Positions 46,716 to 56,825 of a stretch of 64,000 bases of DNA are shown here, one piece after another. The DNA lies in NCBI GenBank assembly GCA_017554405.1, contig JAFZIK010000016.1, positions 2,699 to 66,698 of the forward strand. Reading direction: 5' to 3'. The notes beneath the pieces are model-generated. The model was given only the letters and a program-made list of their open reading frames with translations. It did no database searches and was not told the DNA's origin. Source of the DNA: Clostridia bacterium. GTDB lineage: Bacteria; Bacillota; Clostridia; Oscillospirales; Acutalibacteraceae. Each line of letters begins with the position of its first letter. Positions within the stretch are counted from its first letter, which is position 1. The position numbers and the translations under genes are program-made.

Positions 46716-47964
46716 CACGCCGATAGATATATTGGGTGAAAAATTATACGGTAAACGTGCAAACGGTCTTTGGATGGACGCGCTTCTTGCGGATTACCGG
46801 AAGCACGGCGGCTTTGAACTTGTTGTTGCGACCACTGCAAAAGTGGATGCTACGCTTCGATTTGAAGGTGAAGGCGCGGTATTCTACGCCCTTCCCGATA
46901 ACGTTCCCGTTTTGTATAACTGTGAAAGATCTTCAAATCAAATTGCCTGGGATGATCTTATAAACAAAGAAAAGCCGGATCTTATCCAGGTGTGGGGCAC
47001 CGAGTTTTCACACGGCCTTTGTGCGCTGAAGTCGGCGAAGAAATATAATATACCCGCCGTTATCTATATGCAGGGTTATCTCGGCTCTATAGCGCGGCAT
47101 TACCTTGCCGGTATTACAAATAAAGAAATAAGAAAAAACATCACCGTTCGTGATTTTTTTAAGCACGATAGCATCCTTGACCAGCAGAGCAAATTTTTTG
47201 CAAGTATCGAAAGGGAAAAAGAAGAATTTGCTTTATCGGGTCGTATTATTTGCGAAAACGACTGGTGCGAGTTAAGCGTCCGCACGGTAGCCCCGGATAT
47301 AAAAGTTTACAGATGCCCCTTAAGCATCAGCGAAATCTTTTTAAACAGCGAATGGAAAATAGAAAACTGTGAAAGACATTCCATTATTTGTAACGCCTCG
47401 GGTTATCCGCTTAAGGGCCTTCATATGTTACTGAACGCGGTGGCTCTGCTCAAAGAAAAATACCCGGATATAAAACTATACGTTCCGGGTGAAAAGTTGG
47501 CGGGAAAACAATCTTTTATATGGTGGCTGCGAAAACGCGGTTACAGGAAGTATATCGAAAACCTGATAAAAAAACTTGATTTGGAAAGTAACGTGGTGTG
47601 GCTCGGATACTTACCGCAGAATGCACTGGCGGTGCAGTATTCAAAAGCGAACGTGTTTGTTATGTGTTCAGCCATCGAGAATCATTCAAGTTCCCTTAAG
47701 GAAGCTATGCTGGTCGGTTTGCCGAGCGTGGCGGCGGCGGTAGGCGGCGTGCCCGAATACGTCCGCCACGGCGAAAACTCGTTTTTATACCGTTTTGAAG
47801 AATATGACATCGCCGCCGCATATATAGACCGGTTGTTTTCCGATGATGATCTTGCCGCTGGAATTTCAAAATCAGGAAGAGCCGATATGATGAAACTTCA
47901 CGAAAATAACAACGTATTCAATAGAATACTTGAAATATACAGGGAAATATTAGGCGAAAGGTAA
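46693..47964 (+). CDS. GT4 glycosyltransferase
   Basis: ATG 46693 follows the RBS GAGGAA. Motif ENHSSSLKEAMLVGLPSVAAAVGGVPEYVRHGENSF. Confidence 0.7.
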   Translation: MKILWIVNTPIDILGEKLYGKRANGLWMDALLADYRKHGGFELVVATTAKVDATLRFEGEGAVFYALPDNVPVLYNCERSSNQIAWDDLINKEKPDLIQVWGTEFSHGLCALKSAKKYNIPAVIYMQGYLGSIARHYLAGITNKEIRKNITVRDFFKHDSILDQQSKFFASIEREKEEFALSGRIICENDWCELSVRTVAPDIKVYRCPLSISEIFLNSEWKIENCERHSIICNASGYPLKGLHMLLNAVALLKEKYPDIKLYVPGEKLAGKQSFIWWLRKRGYRKYIENLIKKLDLESNVVWLGYLPQNALAVQYSKANVFVMCSAIENHSSSLKEAMLVGLPSVAAAVGGVPEYVRHGENSFLYRFEEYDIAAAYIDRLFSDDDLAAGISKSGRADMMKLHENNNVFNRILEIYREILGER

Positions 47965-47972
47965 ACCGATAC

Positions 47973-48824
47973 ATGTGTAAAATCGTGGTTACAGGTGCAA
48001 ACGGTAAGCTTTCATGCAAAGCTGCGGACCGGTTGAGATCAAAGGGCACGTATTCTATCGAACAATTAAGCTTGCGTGGCAACTGGCAGGATTATGATTT
48101 AACCGGCACTTACGGCATAGTTCATATCTCAGGCGTTACTCCGCAAAACGCCAAAAGTGAAAGCGACTACAAAAAAATAAACTCGCTCTTGACCGGAATG
48201 CTTGCCAAAAAAGCCAAATTACAAGGCGTAAAATATTTCGTTTTCATCAGTTCAATGGCGGTATATGGAATTGAACAAAGCATCCGCGCGGCTGACGGTT
48301 GCATTTATGAAACCACCAAGCCGCAGCCGAAAACAGAATACGGCAAAAGCAAATTGAACGCCGAGGAATACCTTAAAAGCCTTGAAGATGCGGACTTTAA
48401 AGTTTGCATAATACGGGTGCCGAGTATTTATGACGGCGAAAAAACAGAATACATTGACCAGTATAAATACCTTGCGGACAAATACCCGTTTATCCCTGCA
48501 TGCTTTAAGAAAAACTATAAAAGTTTTATCCATTCGGATAATCTGTGCGAACTCATCCATCTTGCAATCAGTTCAAATTATTCGGGTGTGATTTGCCCGG
48601 ATGACGGAAAACTCTCGGCATTTGATATTTGTGCCGCTATCTATCCGAACAAGCTCAAACTGCGGTCGGCGGGAATACTCATCGCACTGTTTATGAAAAA
48701 AAATCCGCGCATCGTTGATTATTACGGCGCAATTTACTACAGCGATGAGCTTACCGATGTTTTTGGCGGCAGATACCGTGTTACGGATCCGGTGAACGCC
48801 ATAAAGGAAATATATGAAGAATAA
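47973..48824 (+). CDS. NAD-dependent epimerase/dehydratase-family SDR
   Basis: Motif VVTGANGKL, an SMAVYG region and the catalytic YGKSK (YxxxK). The glycine motif is somewhat degenerate. Confidence 0.6.
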   Translation: MCKIVVTGANGKLSCKAADRLRSKGTYSIEQLSLRGNWQDYDLTGTYGIVHISGVTPQNAKSESDYKKINSLLTGMLAKKAKLQGVKYFVFISSMAVYGIEQSIRAADGCIYETTKPQPKTEYGKSKLNAEEYLKSLEDADFKVCIIRVPSIYDGEKTEYIDQYKYLADKYPFIPACFKKNYKSFIHSDNLCELIHLAISSNYSGVICPDDGKLSAFDICAAIYPNKLKLRSAGILIALFMKKNPRIVDYYGAIYYSDELTDVFGGRYRVTDPVNAIKEIYEE

Positions 48825-49962
48825 TATTACAGTCACTTTTTTTTCGAATTTTTTGCTTCACCACCAAACCCCGTTTTGTGAAGCAATGATAAAACGGCTC
48901 GGCGACGGTTTCCGCTTTGTTGCAACAGAGCCTACGCCTGACGAACGCCTTAATATGGGCTACCGTGATTACAGTGACGTTTCCTACGTTGTTTACTCAT
49001 ACAAGGATGACGAACAATACAAGGAAGCGTTAAGACTCGGATCAGAAAGCGACGTTGTTATAATAGGCTCGGCGCCGGACGTTTTTATTGAAAAAAGATT
49101 AAAGCAGAATAAACTCACTTTTCGTTATCACGAACGGTTTTTTAAAGAAGGCCGTTGGCGCATTCTTGATCCGCGTGTAATAACAGCGCATTACAAGCAG
49201 CATTTTCGCTACAGAAACAAAAATCTTTATATGCTTTGTGCCAGCGCATATACGGCGCCTGATTGCCGCTTCATCTTCTCTTATCCGAATAAAACATATA
49301 AATGGGGATATTTTCCGGAAATCAGTTTATCAGACTATAACGATATAGAAAGCATCAAAAGCAAAAATAAAAAGGTCAAAATTCTCTGGGTAAGCCGCTT
49401 CATAAAATTAAAACATCCCGAAGAGGTTATTGCACTCGCCGAAAAACTGAAACTCAACAATTATGATTTCCTGATAGAAATGGTCGGCGTCGGCGAGCTC
49501 AGAGAACATTACGAAAGAATTGTAAAAGAGAAAAACCTTACAGACCAAATCAAATTCAGCGGACCTTTTCCGCCGGATGAGGTTTTAGAAATAATGAAGG
49601 CGGCAGATATTTTTATATTTACGTCAGATAAAAACGAAGGTTGGGGCGCGGTGCTTAACGAATCGATGTCGGCCGGTTGTGCCGTTGTGGCAAACAAGGA
49701 AATCGGCTCTGTTCCCTACCTTATTAACCACGGCGAAAACGGGCTTATATATAGCAAAAAGGATAAGAATTCACTTTACGAGAATGTGCACCTGCTTATG
49801 GATAATAAAGATTTGCGCACAAGAATTCAGAAGAACGCTTATAGCACAATAAAAACCGTCTGGAACGCCAATGTCGCGGCAGATAGGCTTTTACGTCTTA
49901 TAGAATGTATAAATAACGGCACGGAAACACCATATTCAACCGGTCCGTGCAGCAAGGACTAA
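48814..49962 (+). CDS. Glycosyltransferase (GT-B, GT4-like C-terminal domain)
   Basis: Motif SDKNEGWGAVLNESMSAGCAVVANKEIGSVPYLINHGENGLIY. The N-terminal half is atypical. Confidence 0.65.
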   Translation: MKNNITVTFFSNFLLHHQTPFCEAMIKRLGDGFRFVATEPTPDERLNMGYRDYSDVSYVVYSYKDDEQYKEALRLGSESDVVIIGSAPDVFIEKRLKQNKLTFRYHERFFKEGRWRILDPRVITAHYKQHFRYRNKNLYMLCASAYTAPDCRFIFSYPNKTYKWGYFPEISLSDYNDIESIKSKNKKVKILWVSRFIKLKHPEEVIALAEKLKLNNYDFLIEMVGVGELREHYERIVKEKNLTDQIKFSGPFPPDEVLEIMKAADIFIFTSDKNEGWGAVLNESMSAGCAVVANKEIGSVPYLINHGENGLIYSKKDKNSLYENVHLLMDNKDLRTRIQKNAYSTIKTVWNANVAADRLLRLIECINNGTETPYSTGPCSKD

Positions 49963-49981
49963 CACTTCCAAGGAGCAAATA

Positions 49982-51130
49982 ATGAATATACTCTACATAA
50001 CTCAAATGTATCCCTCTTATGAATTACCACAGTATTGCGCTTTTTTGCATAATCAAGTAAAGGCTATAAAGTTGTGCGGTGCTAATATAACTGTCGTTAT
50101 ACCATCAATAGAAAAGCTGTCACAATACACCAACTATGATGGTATCGATGTTTTGTATGTAAAATACCGTGACTTCAGTAGAAGTGCATTGGGCCCATTA
50201 GTTTACTTTCAACTAAAAAGAGAAATAGCTAAATACATTAAAGTCAGTGATTTTAATATTGTTTACGCAATACATTCTCCGGTAAATATTTTATACTCCG
50301 CTATGAGAATCGCAAAAGCAAATAGATTGCCATTTATAGTTCATTACAGGGGATACAATATTTTTAATGAATTTGAAAGCGTTAGAAAGGCTTTTTTGGA
50401 TAATCCGCAAAAAGCCATGGAACACATTGTAAAAAATACCGATTTAAGTTTGGCTGTGAGCAAAAGAACCGCTGCAATTATAACGAATCGATTCCCCGAT
50501 TCGCCTGTGGAAGTAGTATATAACGGCGTTGATGCCAAAATTTTTAATTGCGATTTGCATATTCCGTCACATGAGGGTTTTAGAATTCTCTGTGTTGCAA
50601 ATCTTATACCGATAAAGGGTCATAAATACCTATTTGATGCATTCAAACAACTTTCAGAACAATACCCTGAAAAAGCATTGCAACTTGACCTAGTCGGCAG
50701 GGGGCCTTATGAAAATGATTTAAAGGAATATGTCTTAAATAATAGTATAAAAAATGTATTCTTTCATGGATATGTATTGCACACTGAAATTGCCGATTAT
50801 ATGAAAAATACAGATATATTTGTTCTTCCTTCTGTATATGAGTCCTTTGGAAACGTATGCCTAGAAGCAATGGCATGTAAAAAACCGATAGTGATATTTA
50901 GTGGTCAAGGTATTGACGAAATAATTACTGACGGAATAAACGGTTTAATTGCAGAAAAAGTGAATGTTGAACAACTTAAAGAAAAAATTGAGTGTCTGTT
51001 ATTATATACGGACAAACGCAATGCAATTGCCGAAAACGGATATAAAACTGCCAAGAGTTTTACATGGCAAAAATCCGGAGAAAAATTGTATAATATAATA
51101 AAAAAGGTGATAGCCAAATATGTTGATTAG
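49982..51130 (+). CDS. GT4 glycosyltransferase
   Basis: Motif PSVYESFGNVCLEAMACKKPIVIFSGQGIDEIITDGINGL. RBS AGGAG. This is the first gene of the very low-GC block. Confidence 0.8.
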   Translation: MNILYITQMYPSYELPQYCAFLHNQVKAIKLCGANITVVIPSIEKLSQYTNYDGIDVLYVKYRDFSRSALGPLVYFQLKREIAKYIKVSDFNIVYAIHSPVNILYSAMRIAKANRLPFIVHYRGYNIFNEFESVRKAFLDNPQKAMEHIVKNTDLSLAVSKRTAAIITNRFPDSPVEVVYNGVDAKIFNCDLHIPSHEGFRILCVANLIPIKGHKYLFDAFKQLSEQYPEKALQLDLVGRGPYENDLKEYVLNNSIKNVFFHGYVLHTEIADYMKNTDIFVLPSVYESFGNVCLEAMACKKPIVIFSGQGIDEIITDGINGLIAEKVNVEQLKEKIECLLLYTDKRNAIAENGYKTAKSFTWQKSGEKLYNIIKKVIAKYVD

Positions 51131-52133
51131 CGTAATTATCCCGGTATATAATGCAAAAGAATTTTTGGAATTTTGCGTAAATTCGATTACCACACAAACA
51201 TTTTTAAACTATGAACTCATCCTGGTCGATGACGGTTCTACTGATGGTTCCGACAGAATATGTGATCATCTTGCAAACCAATATAGGCAGATTAAAGTAA
51301 TCCACAAATCAAATGGCGGTGCCGCAAGCGCACGCAATGCCGGAATTAAAGAAGCTATTGGCAAATACATTCATTTTATTGATAGCGATGATTTTTTGCC
51401 AAACAAGAGTGTTTATTATGAATTGTCCAAATTATTTAAATATGATGCCGATATTGTTTTTTCAAGGAGGATCAGATACAATGAAGACTTGACAAAAAAC
51501 ACAGCCATACAACCCAAGTATAATCATAGCGGTATGTTTGAAGGTGATATTCTATACGATGTTATAATCAATGACTATGAACTAACCCTCACCTGTCCTG
51601 TTAACAAGTTGTTTAAGACTGAGTTTTTAAAAAACAATAATCTTTATTTCACAGAAGGGCTTTTACATGAAGAAGACGAGTGGTTGCCTCGCGTAATAGC
51701 CGCCGCGAAAAAGGCTTGGTTTTACAATGATATCATATACTGTGTTCGTCAGCGTAACATCGGTTCCTTCTCCGCAACAAATAATGACCTTAGTATATAT
51801 AAAAGAACTAAATCCAAAATCTACACAATAACATCTGGTATCGAATATATGAAAGGCGCCATAAAGGATGAAAAAACAATTGCTGCCGCCGCGGATTATT
51901 ACTGGGGCTATATGATTAATGCCTTATTGGGAGTTGCTGCCATACAGGACAACGACACTAAAGATAAATGTATGAAAGAATTCATCAAAAACAAAGGTTT
52001 TTTTTATAATTATAAGTTGCTCACAAATAGAAACTGGCGGGTAATGGGTTGGATGTTTACACATTTTGGTGTTAGATTCACAGCAAAAACCGTTGCTATA
52101 AGATACAAAACCAGTCATAATTGTCAAACTTAA
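51120..52133 (+). CDS. GT2 glycosyltransferase
   Basis: Signature ISVIIPVYNAKEFLEFCVNSITTQTF.NYELILVDDGSTDGS, plus FIDSDD (DxD). Confidence 0.85.
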   Translation: MLISVIIPVYNAKEFLEFCVNSITTQTFLNYELILVDDGSTDGSDRICDHLANQYRQIKVIHKSNGGAASARNAGIKEAIGKYIHFIDSDDFLPNKSVYYELSKLFKYDADIVFSRRIRYNEDLTKNTAIQPKYNHSGMFEGDILYDVIINDYELTLTCPVNKLFKTEFLKNNNLYFTEGLLHEEDEWLPRVIAAAKKAWFYNDIIYCVRQRNIGSFSATNNDLSIYKRTKSKIYTITSGIEYMKGAIKDEKTIAAAADYYWGYMINALLGVAAIQDNDTKDKCMKEFIKNKGFFYNYKLLTNRNWRVMGWMFTHFGVRFTAKTVAIRYKTSHNCQT

Positions 52134-52273
52134 ATTTGAATTACTACTTTTAAGTTTAATTGTTTTAAATTGTGTTTTTGTATAAGCGCCGTTTTAAGGC
52201 TTAATTATGCCTTTTCCTAACGACTAACAATACAAGAACATATTGATACATTTTTGCAGAGGCAGAAAGCATT

Positions 52274-53368
52274 ATGAATATTTCATTACTCAGAAGACCA
52301 AAAATTAGTATAATAATTCCTCTTTACAATGCCGAAAAAGAGATTTCACGTTGTATGGAATCTATTTACAAACAGACTTTTACCGATTATGAAATAATAC
52401 TCATAAATGACGGCTCAAAGGATAACAGCGCCGAGATTTGCCGCAGGTATGCCGAAAGTGATAGCCGGGTAACCTTTATTGACAAAGAAAACGGCGGTTC
52501 GGGGAGTGCTCGAAACGCAGGAATTGAAGTTGCCCGCGGTAAGTATATATATTTTTGCGATGCTGATGATGAAATAAGCGAGAATTTACTTGAACGGGTT
52601 TACGCTGTTGCGGAATCCGGAAATTATGACTTAGTGGTTTTCTCTGTTCACTCAAAAATAATAAACAGTGATACCGGCGAGATAATTAGAGAGTATAATA
52701 CGACACAAGAAGACCGCATTTTAAAAACAAGATCAGACTTCCGAAGCAATTTTTCACATCTTTATTATGAAGGTGTGCTGTTTGGCGCCCCTTACAATAA
52801 ACTCTTTAAAACATCGGTAATTCGCGATAATAATGTTCGGTTTCCGGATCTTAAAAGAGGTCAGGATGAAATCTTTAATATGCGATATTATCGATATGTA
52901 AACTCATGCGCTGTAATACCCGACTCGCTTTACACTTACTATCAGTTTGACGATATAGGCAAAAATAAAAAATATAGGCTGAATTATTTTGAAACCACCA
53001 CAAAGACCTATTTTGCCACGCTCAAGGATTTACTGGACGAATTCGGAACTGATGATTATACTAAGAAGAAATTTCAAAACTCTTTTGTTTACTCAATTGA
53101 AGCGGCTGTTTTACTTGCCTTTAACCCCGTGGAAAAGTTAGATAAAAAAAGTAAAACAGATTTTATAAAAAAAGTTATAAACGATGATTTCGTAACAGTT
53201 GTATCAAAAGAAGTTACTTTTATTCCTGAAGGATATGCAGTTTTTTGGCAACTGTTTATAAGTAAGGACGCAAAAGGCATTTACAAACACATAAGCAGAA
53301 AACTGACTGTTGAGAAAATCAAATGTCCGTTACGGAGAATAAAATACGCCCTCACTAACAATAAATAA
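52274..53368 (+). CDS. GT2 glycosyltransferase
   Basis: Signature ISIIIPLYNAEKEISRCMESIYKQTFTDYEIILINDGSKDNS, plus FCDADD (DxD). Confidence 0.85.
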   Translation: MNISLLRRPKISIIIPLYNAEKEISRCMESIYKQTFTDYEIILINDGSKDNSAEICRRYAESDSRVTFIDKENGGSGSARNAGIEVARGKYIYFCDADDEISENLLERVYAVAESGNYDLVVFSVHSKIINSDTGEIIREYNTTQEDRILKTRSDFRSNFSHLYYEGVLFGAPYNKLFKTSVIRDNNVRFPDLKRGQDEIFNMRYYRYVNSCAVIPDSLYTYYQFDDIGKNKKYRLNYFETTTKTYFATLKDLLDEFGTDDYTKKKFQNSFVYSIEAAVLLAFNPVEKLDKKSKTDFIKKVINDDFVTVVSKEVTFIPEGYAVFWQLFISKDAKGIYKHISRKLTVEKIKCPLRRIKYALTNNK

Positions 53369-53379
53369 CAGGAGTTTAT

Positions 53380-54351
53380 ATGAATAACAAACGTGGATTT
53401 ATAACGGTTGCTACCGGCGACTGGTATTGCTATTTGGCGCAAAACCTTGCCATCAGTTATAAAATGTTCGGTAATTGCGATTATCCGTTTTATGCAATAA
53501 CCGATAAAGCCGGCGAAAAAAAGCTCAAAAAATATTTTGACGGTGTAATTGTTCTTCAAAACCCGAATTATAACTTTCTTGATAAAATTGAGGTCTATAA
53601 AAACAGTCCGTTTGACGAAACCGTTTTTTTAGATGCGGACATGAATATCATTAAAGATATATCATTTGTTTTTGATGAATTTGAAAAGAATGGCAGCGAA
53701 GTGAGTTGCTATGGCACATTGATAGATATTACAGAAGAAAACCAACCAAATCACTTTGGTAAAGGTGCGGTAGATCATTTTAATTTGACAAAATATATTC
53801 GTTTTGGCGGAGGTATTTATTATTATAAAAAATCCAAAAAAGCAGATAGGGTTTTTGACTGTATATATAATGATCTAATGCCAAATTACGATAAATACGA
53901 TATGCTACACATAGGCGCTTATTTCGGTAACGATATTCACCGTATGGCGGACGAGCCACTTTTAGGTCTTGCTATGCTTGTTTGCAATATGAAACCTATG
54001 AATTCCATTTCTCACCTTATGCGTTATTATCGTGGCAACATGATGGAAACTCTCAAATGGGATATGGATAAGAAAGACTGTTCGTTTTATTGGTGGGGTG
54101 AAACTGTTCATCCAAATATTACACACTATGCTACTTATAATACCTGGACTTTCAAATACTTTAAATTGAACGCGGAACTGCGTGACAGATACCATAAAAT
54201 CCCAAAATTTTTAAGATGCCTGCACTTGCCTTTTATAGCTATTCATTGGGCAATTATGCCGCGACAATTATCTTCCTTTTGGAAGTGGATGAAAGCACAT
54301 TTCAGCAAAGAATGGGTAAAACATAAATTCAAAAAATTTGCGAGGAATTAA
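53380..54351 (+). CDS. Uncharacterised DxD protein, possible GT-A (GT8-like) transferase; paralog A
   Basis: A clear paralog of the 56826 gene, sharing GFIT.A.G..YC.LA..L..SYK.FGNCDYPFY.ITD and NPFDE.VF.D.D. It has a DAD motif in a GT-A-like context. The functional assignment is tentative. Confidence 0.4.
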   Translation: MNNKRGFITVATGDWYCYLAQNLAISYKMFGNCDYPFYAITDKAGEKKLKKYFDGVIVLQNPNYNFLDKIEVYKNSPFDETVFLDADMNIIKDISFVFDEFEKNGSEVSCYGTLIDITEENQPNHFGKGAVDHFNLTKYIRFGGGIYYYKKSKKADRVFDCIYNDLMPNYDKYDMLHIGAYFGNDIHRMADEPLLGLAMLVCNMKPMNSISHLMRYYRGNMMETLKWDMDKKDCSFYWWGETVHPNITHYATYNTWTFKYFKLNAELRDRYHKIPKFLRCLHLPFIAIHWAIMPRQLSSFWKWMKAHFSKEWVKHKFKKFARN

Positions 54352-54354
54352 AAT

Positions 54355-54501
54355 ATGCAACGTGGCTTCATAACTATGGCATACGGCGAAAAATACTGCA
54401 GACTTGCTGAACATCTTTATATGTCATACAAACTGTATTTAGGATGTTTAATAATACTTTGCCCGTATAATAAAATGGCAAGAATCCTTATACTATATTA
54501 G
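54355..54501 (+). pseudogene. 5' fragment of a paralog-B copy (truncated duplicate)
   Basis: 54355-54436 aligns with 56826-56907. The core 54367-54436 is 68/70 identical by hand alignment. After 54436 the similarity ends, and the frame stops after 48 codons (MQRGFITMAYGEKYCRLAEHLYMSYKL then unrelated residues). Confidence 0.8.
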
Positions 54502-54511
54502 TAGGTAATTT

Positions 54512-55699
54512 ATGAAAAAAAATGTTTTTGTTTTTAAAAATCATTGTTGCGGTTGTGGAATATGCGAAGCCATCTGTCCACATAATGCAATAATTATGCA
54601 AAACAACATACAAGGTTTTAAATATCCGAAGGTAAACAACAATAAATGTGTTAATTGTGGTCTGTGTGTTGAACATTGTCATTTTAATTCCTCGAACTCC
54701 TTTGATGTAACGGATAATTACCCTTATGTTTTTGCACTTAAACATAAAAGCATTGATGTGAGACTAAATTCAAGATCTGGCGGTGCATTTACCGCATTAA
54801 CCGATGTTGTTTTAAATAAAAAAGGGGCAATCTACGGTTGCGAATTGATTGATAATAGAACAGCTATACATACAAGAGCCGTAACACAACTTGAACGGAA
54901 TAATCAGCGAGAATCAAAATATATACAAAGTGATATCAGCGGTGTTATTAACAGTATTAAACAGGATTTGTTATCCGGAAAATACGTCCTGTTTTCCGGC
55001 ACTGCCTGCCAAGTGGCAGCAATAAAGTCTTATTTGAAGAATATAGACACAAATAAACTAATACTTGTTGATATAATTTGTCACGGCGTTGGAAGTCCAC
55101 GGTTTTGGAGTGATTATTTAGACTATTTAAGTCATAAAGCTAACTCAAATGTAATAGGAGCCGTTTTTAGGAATAAAAAGGATTTTGGTTGGAACTCTCA
55201 TATAGAAACGATATACTTTAATGATAAAAAATACGATTTAGATTTATTTAAAATAATGTATACCTCCCATTTAATAATTAGAAGTGATTGTTCAGATTGT
55301 CCTTACAAAAGAATTAATAGGGTTGGCGATATTACAATAGGTGATTGTTGGGGCATTAGCGATATATTACCGGAATTTTTTGATAACAAAGGAGTATCGC
55401 TTGTTATTGTAAACGACAAAAAAGGGCAAAATCTTTTTAATGAGATATCGTGTGCGGATTCTATTGCCATAAATAACAGTAGCAGTCTTTTGCAGCAATC
55501 CGCATTAAATGTAAATTGGAAAAAGCCCAATAAATATTCAAAGTTTTGGCGCTTTTATAAAAAGCACGGATTTGAACAATCGATTAAAAAATATGACGAA
55601 TATGCTAAATCAATAATGTTTTCTGAAGAACCATTGCCATTAATTAAAAGAGGTTTAAATAAATGCATAAAACTTTTAAAGAAAAAAACAAAAAAATAG
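54512..55699 (+). CDS. Coenzyme F420 hydrogenase/dehydrogenase beta-subunit-like Fe-S flavoprotein
   Basis: An N-terminal 2x[4Fe-4S] ferredoxin motif (CCGCGICEAICP, CVNCGLCVEHC), then FrhB/FdhB-like blocks (SRSGGAFTAL, KYIQSD, LFSGTACQVAAIK, DIICHGVGSP). Confidence 0.75.
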   Translation: MKKNVFVFKNHCCGCGICEAICPHNAIIMQNNIQGFKYPKVNNNKCVNCGLCVEHCHFNSSNSFDVTDNYPYVFALKHKSIDVRLNSRSGGAFTALTDVVLNKKGAIYGCELIDNRTAIHTRAVTQLERNNQRESKYIQSDISGVINSIKQDLLSGKYVLFSGTACQVAAIKSYLKNIDTNKLILVDIICHGVGSPRFWSDYLDYLSHKANSNVIGAVFRNKKDFGWNSHIETIYFNDKKYDLDLFKIMYTSHLIIRSDCSDCPYKRINRVGDITIGDCWGISDILPEFFDNKGVSLVIVNDKKGQNLFNEISCADSIAINNSSSLLQQSALNVNWKKPNKYSKFWRFYKKHGFEQSIKKYDEYAKSIMFSEEPLPLIKRGLNKCIKLLKKKTKK

Positions 55700-56802
55700 G
55701 AATATTAACATATCATTTCCCATATAATTATGGCGCTATGTTGCAAGCATATGCCCTCCAAAAGGCAATTAATCATATTAGTAAATGTGAAATAATTGAT
55801 TATGAACCAGACTATCACACAAAACAATATGTTCCTAGAATAAAGAATTATATTTCATTAAAAAGCGCCGCCAATCCAATTGCCGCTCTCAAATCTTTGA
55901 TTTTTGGTTTATATGGTTATTTTAAAGACAACAATCATATAAAAAAGCATAATTTTGAATCCTTTAAGAAACTTTTAAAAAAATCAAAAAAGCTAATAAC
56001 CATTACGGATCTTAAAAAGGAACTATGTCACTATGACATAGTCATTGTTGGTAGCGATCAAATATGGAAAAAATCTCAAAACTATAATTTTGAATATTTC
56101 CTTTCCTTTGAAGATTTGAACTTAAAAAAGTATTCTTACGCCGCAAGTGCAGGTTCTTGCTTTCCGGTTGAAGATTTATCTTTAATTATACCATTATTAA
56201 TTGATTTTGAGTGTGTGTCAGTGCGGGAAAAAGCGTTGGCAGATCAGTTGACGGAATTTGGCATTAATTGCCAGATAGATTTAGACCCTACCCTGTTATT
56301 AAAAAAAGAAGATTACATAAAAATTGAAAAAAAGAAAAAAGTAAAAAACAAATACATCTTTGTTTATTTTTGCCATGATGATAGGGCAATAGCCCCTCTA
56401 AAGCATTTATCAGAAACGTTAAATGCAGAAATAATATTTGGACCATATGTGAGTTTTAAAACAAAAATTGATTTTGAATACAAACTTTGGGATTATTTAA
56501 GCCCGCAGGAGTTTCTATACTGTATTCATCATGCGTGTCTTATTGTAACAAGTTCCTTTCATTGCACAGTTTTTTCTATACTATACAATAAGCCCTTTAT
56601 TGTCTTCGACGGCGTAGGTGCATTTGAGCGGATTAAGAATTTATTAGAGTTTACAGATTTAACAAGCCATATTTTCAAATCTGAAGATAGCATAGATTTT
56701 AGCTATGATTATGAAAATGCCATTAAAAGCATTGTATCCAGTGCAAAATCATCATATGATTATTTAAACCGCATAGTTAACTCTTCATGCCAAATAAATT
56801 AA
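55663..56802 (+). CDS. Polysaccharide pyruvyl transferase family protein (1)
   Basis: Motifs IGILTYHFPYNYGAMLQAYALQKAI, VGSDQIWK, DPTLLL and VTSSFHCTVFSILYNKPFIVF. Overlaps the upstream gene by 37 nt. Confidence 0.8.
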   Translation: MHKTFKEKNKKIGILTYHFPYNYGAMLQAYALQKAINHISKCEIIDYEPDYHTKQYVPRIKNYISLKSAANPIAALKSLIFGLYGYFKDNNHIKKHNFESFKKLLKKSKKLITITDLKKELCHYDIVIVGSDQIWKKSQNYNFEYFLSFEDLNLKKYSYAASAGSCFPVEDLSLIIPLLIDFECVSVREKALADQLTEFGINCQIDLDPTLLLKKEDYIKIEKKKKVKNKYIFVYFCHDDRAIAPLKHLSETLNAEIIFGPYVSFKTKIDFEYKLWDYLSPQEFLYCIHHACLIVTSSFHCTVFSILYNKPFIVFDGVGAFERIKNLLEFTDLTSHIFKSEDSIDFSYDYENAIKSIVSSAKSSYDYLNRIVNSSCQIN

Positions 56803-56825
56803 TAACAGTGGAGGTGCTACCGTAG

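Noticed and set aside
52134-52273. An internal promoter or terminator in the only sizeable gap of the low-GC block. The candidates are a small hairpin, AAGGC-ttaattat-GCCTT, and TGTATAAG- and TTGATA-like hexamers.
   Set aside because: The stem is only 5 bp with no U-run. The hexamers lack properly spaced partners, and in DNA of about 30 percent GC such matches are expected by chance.
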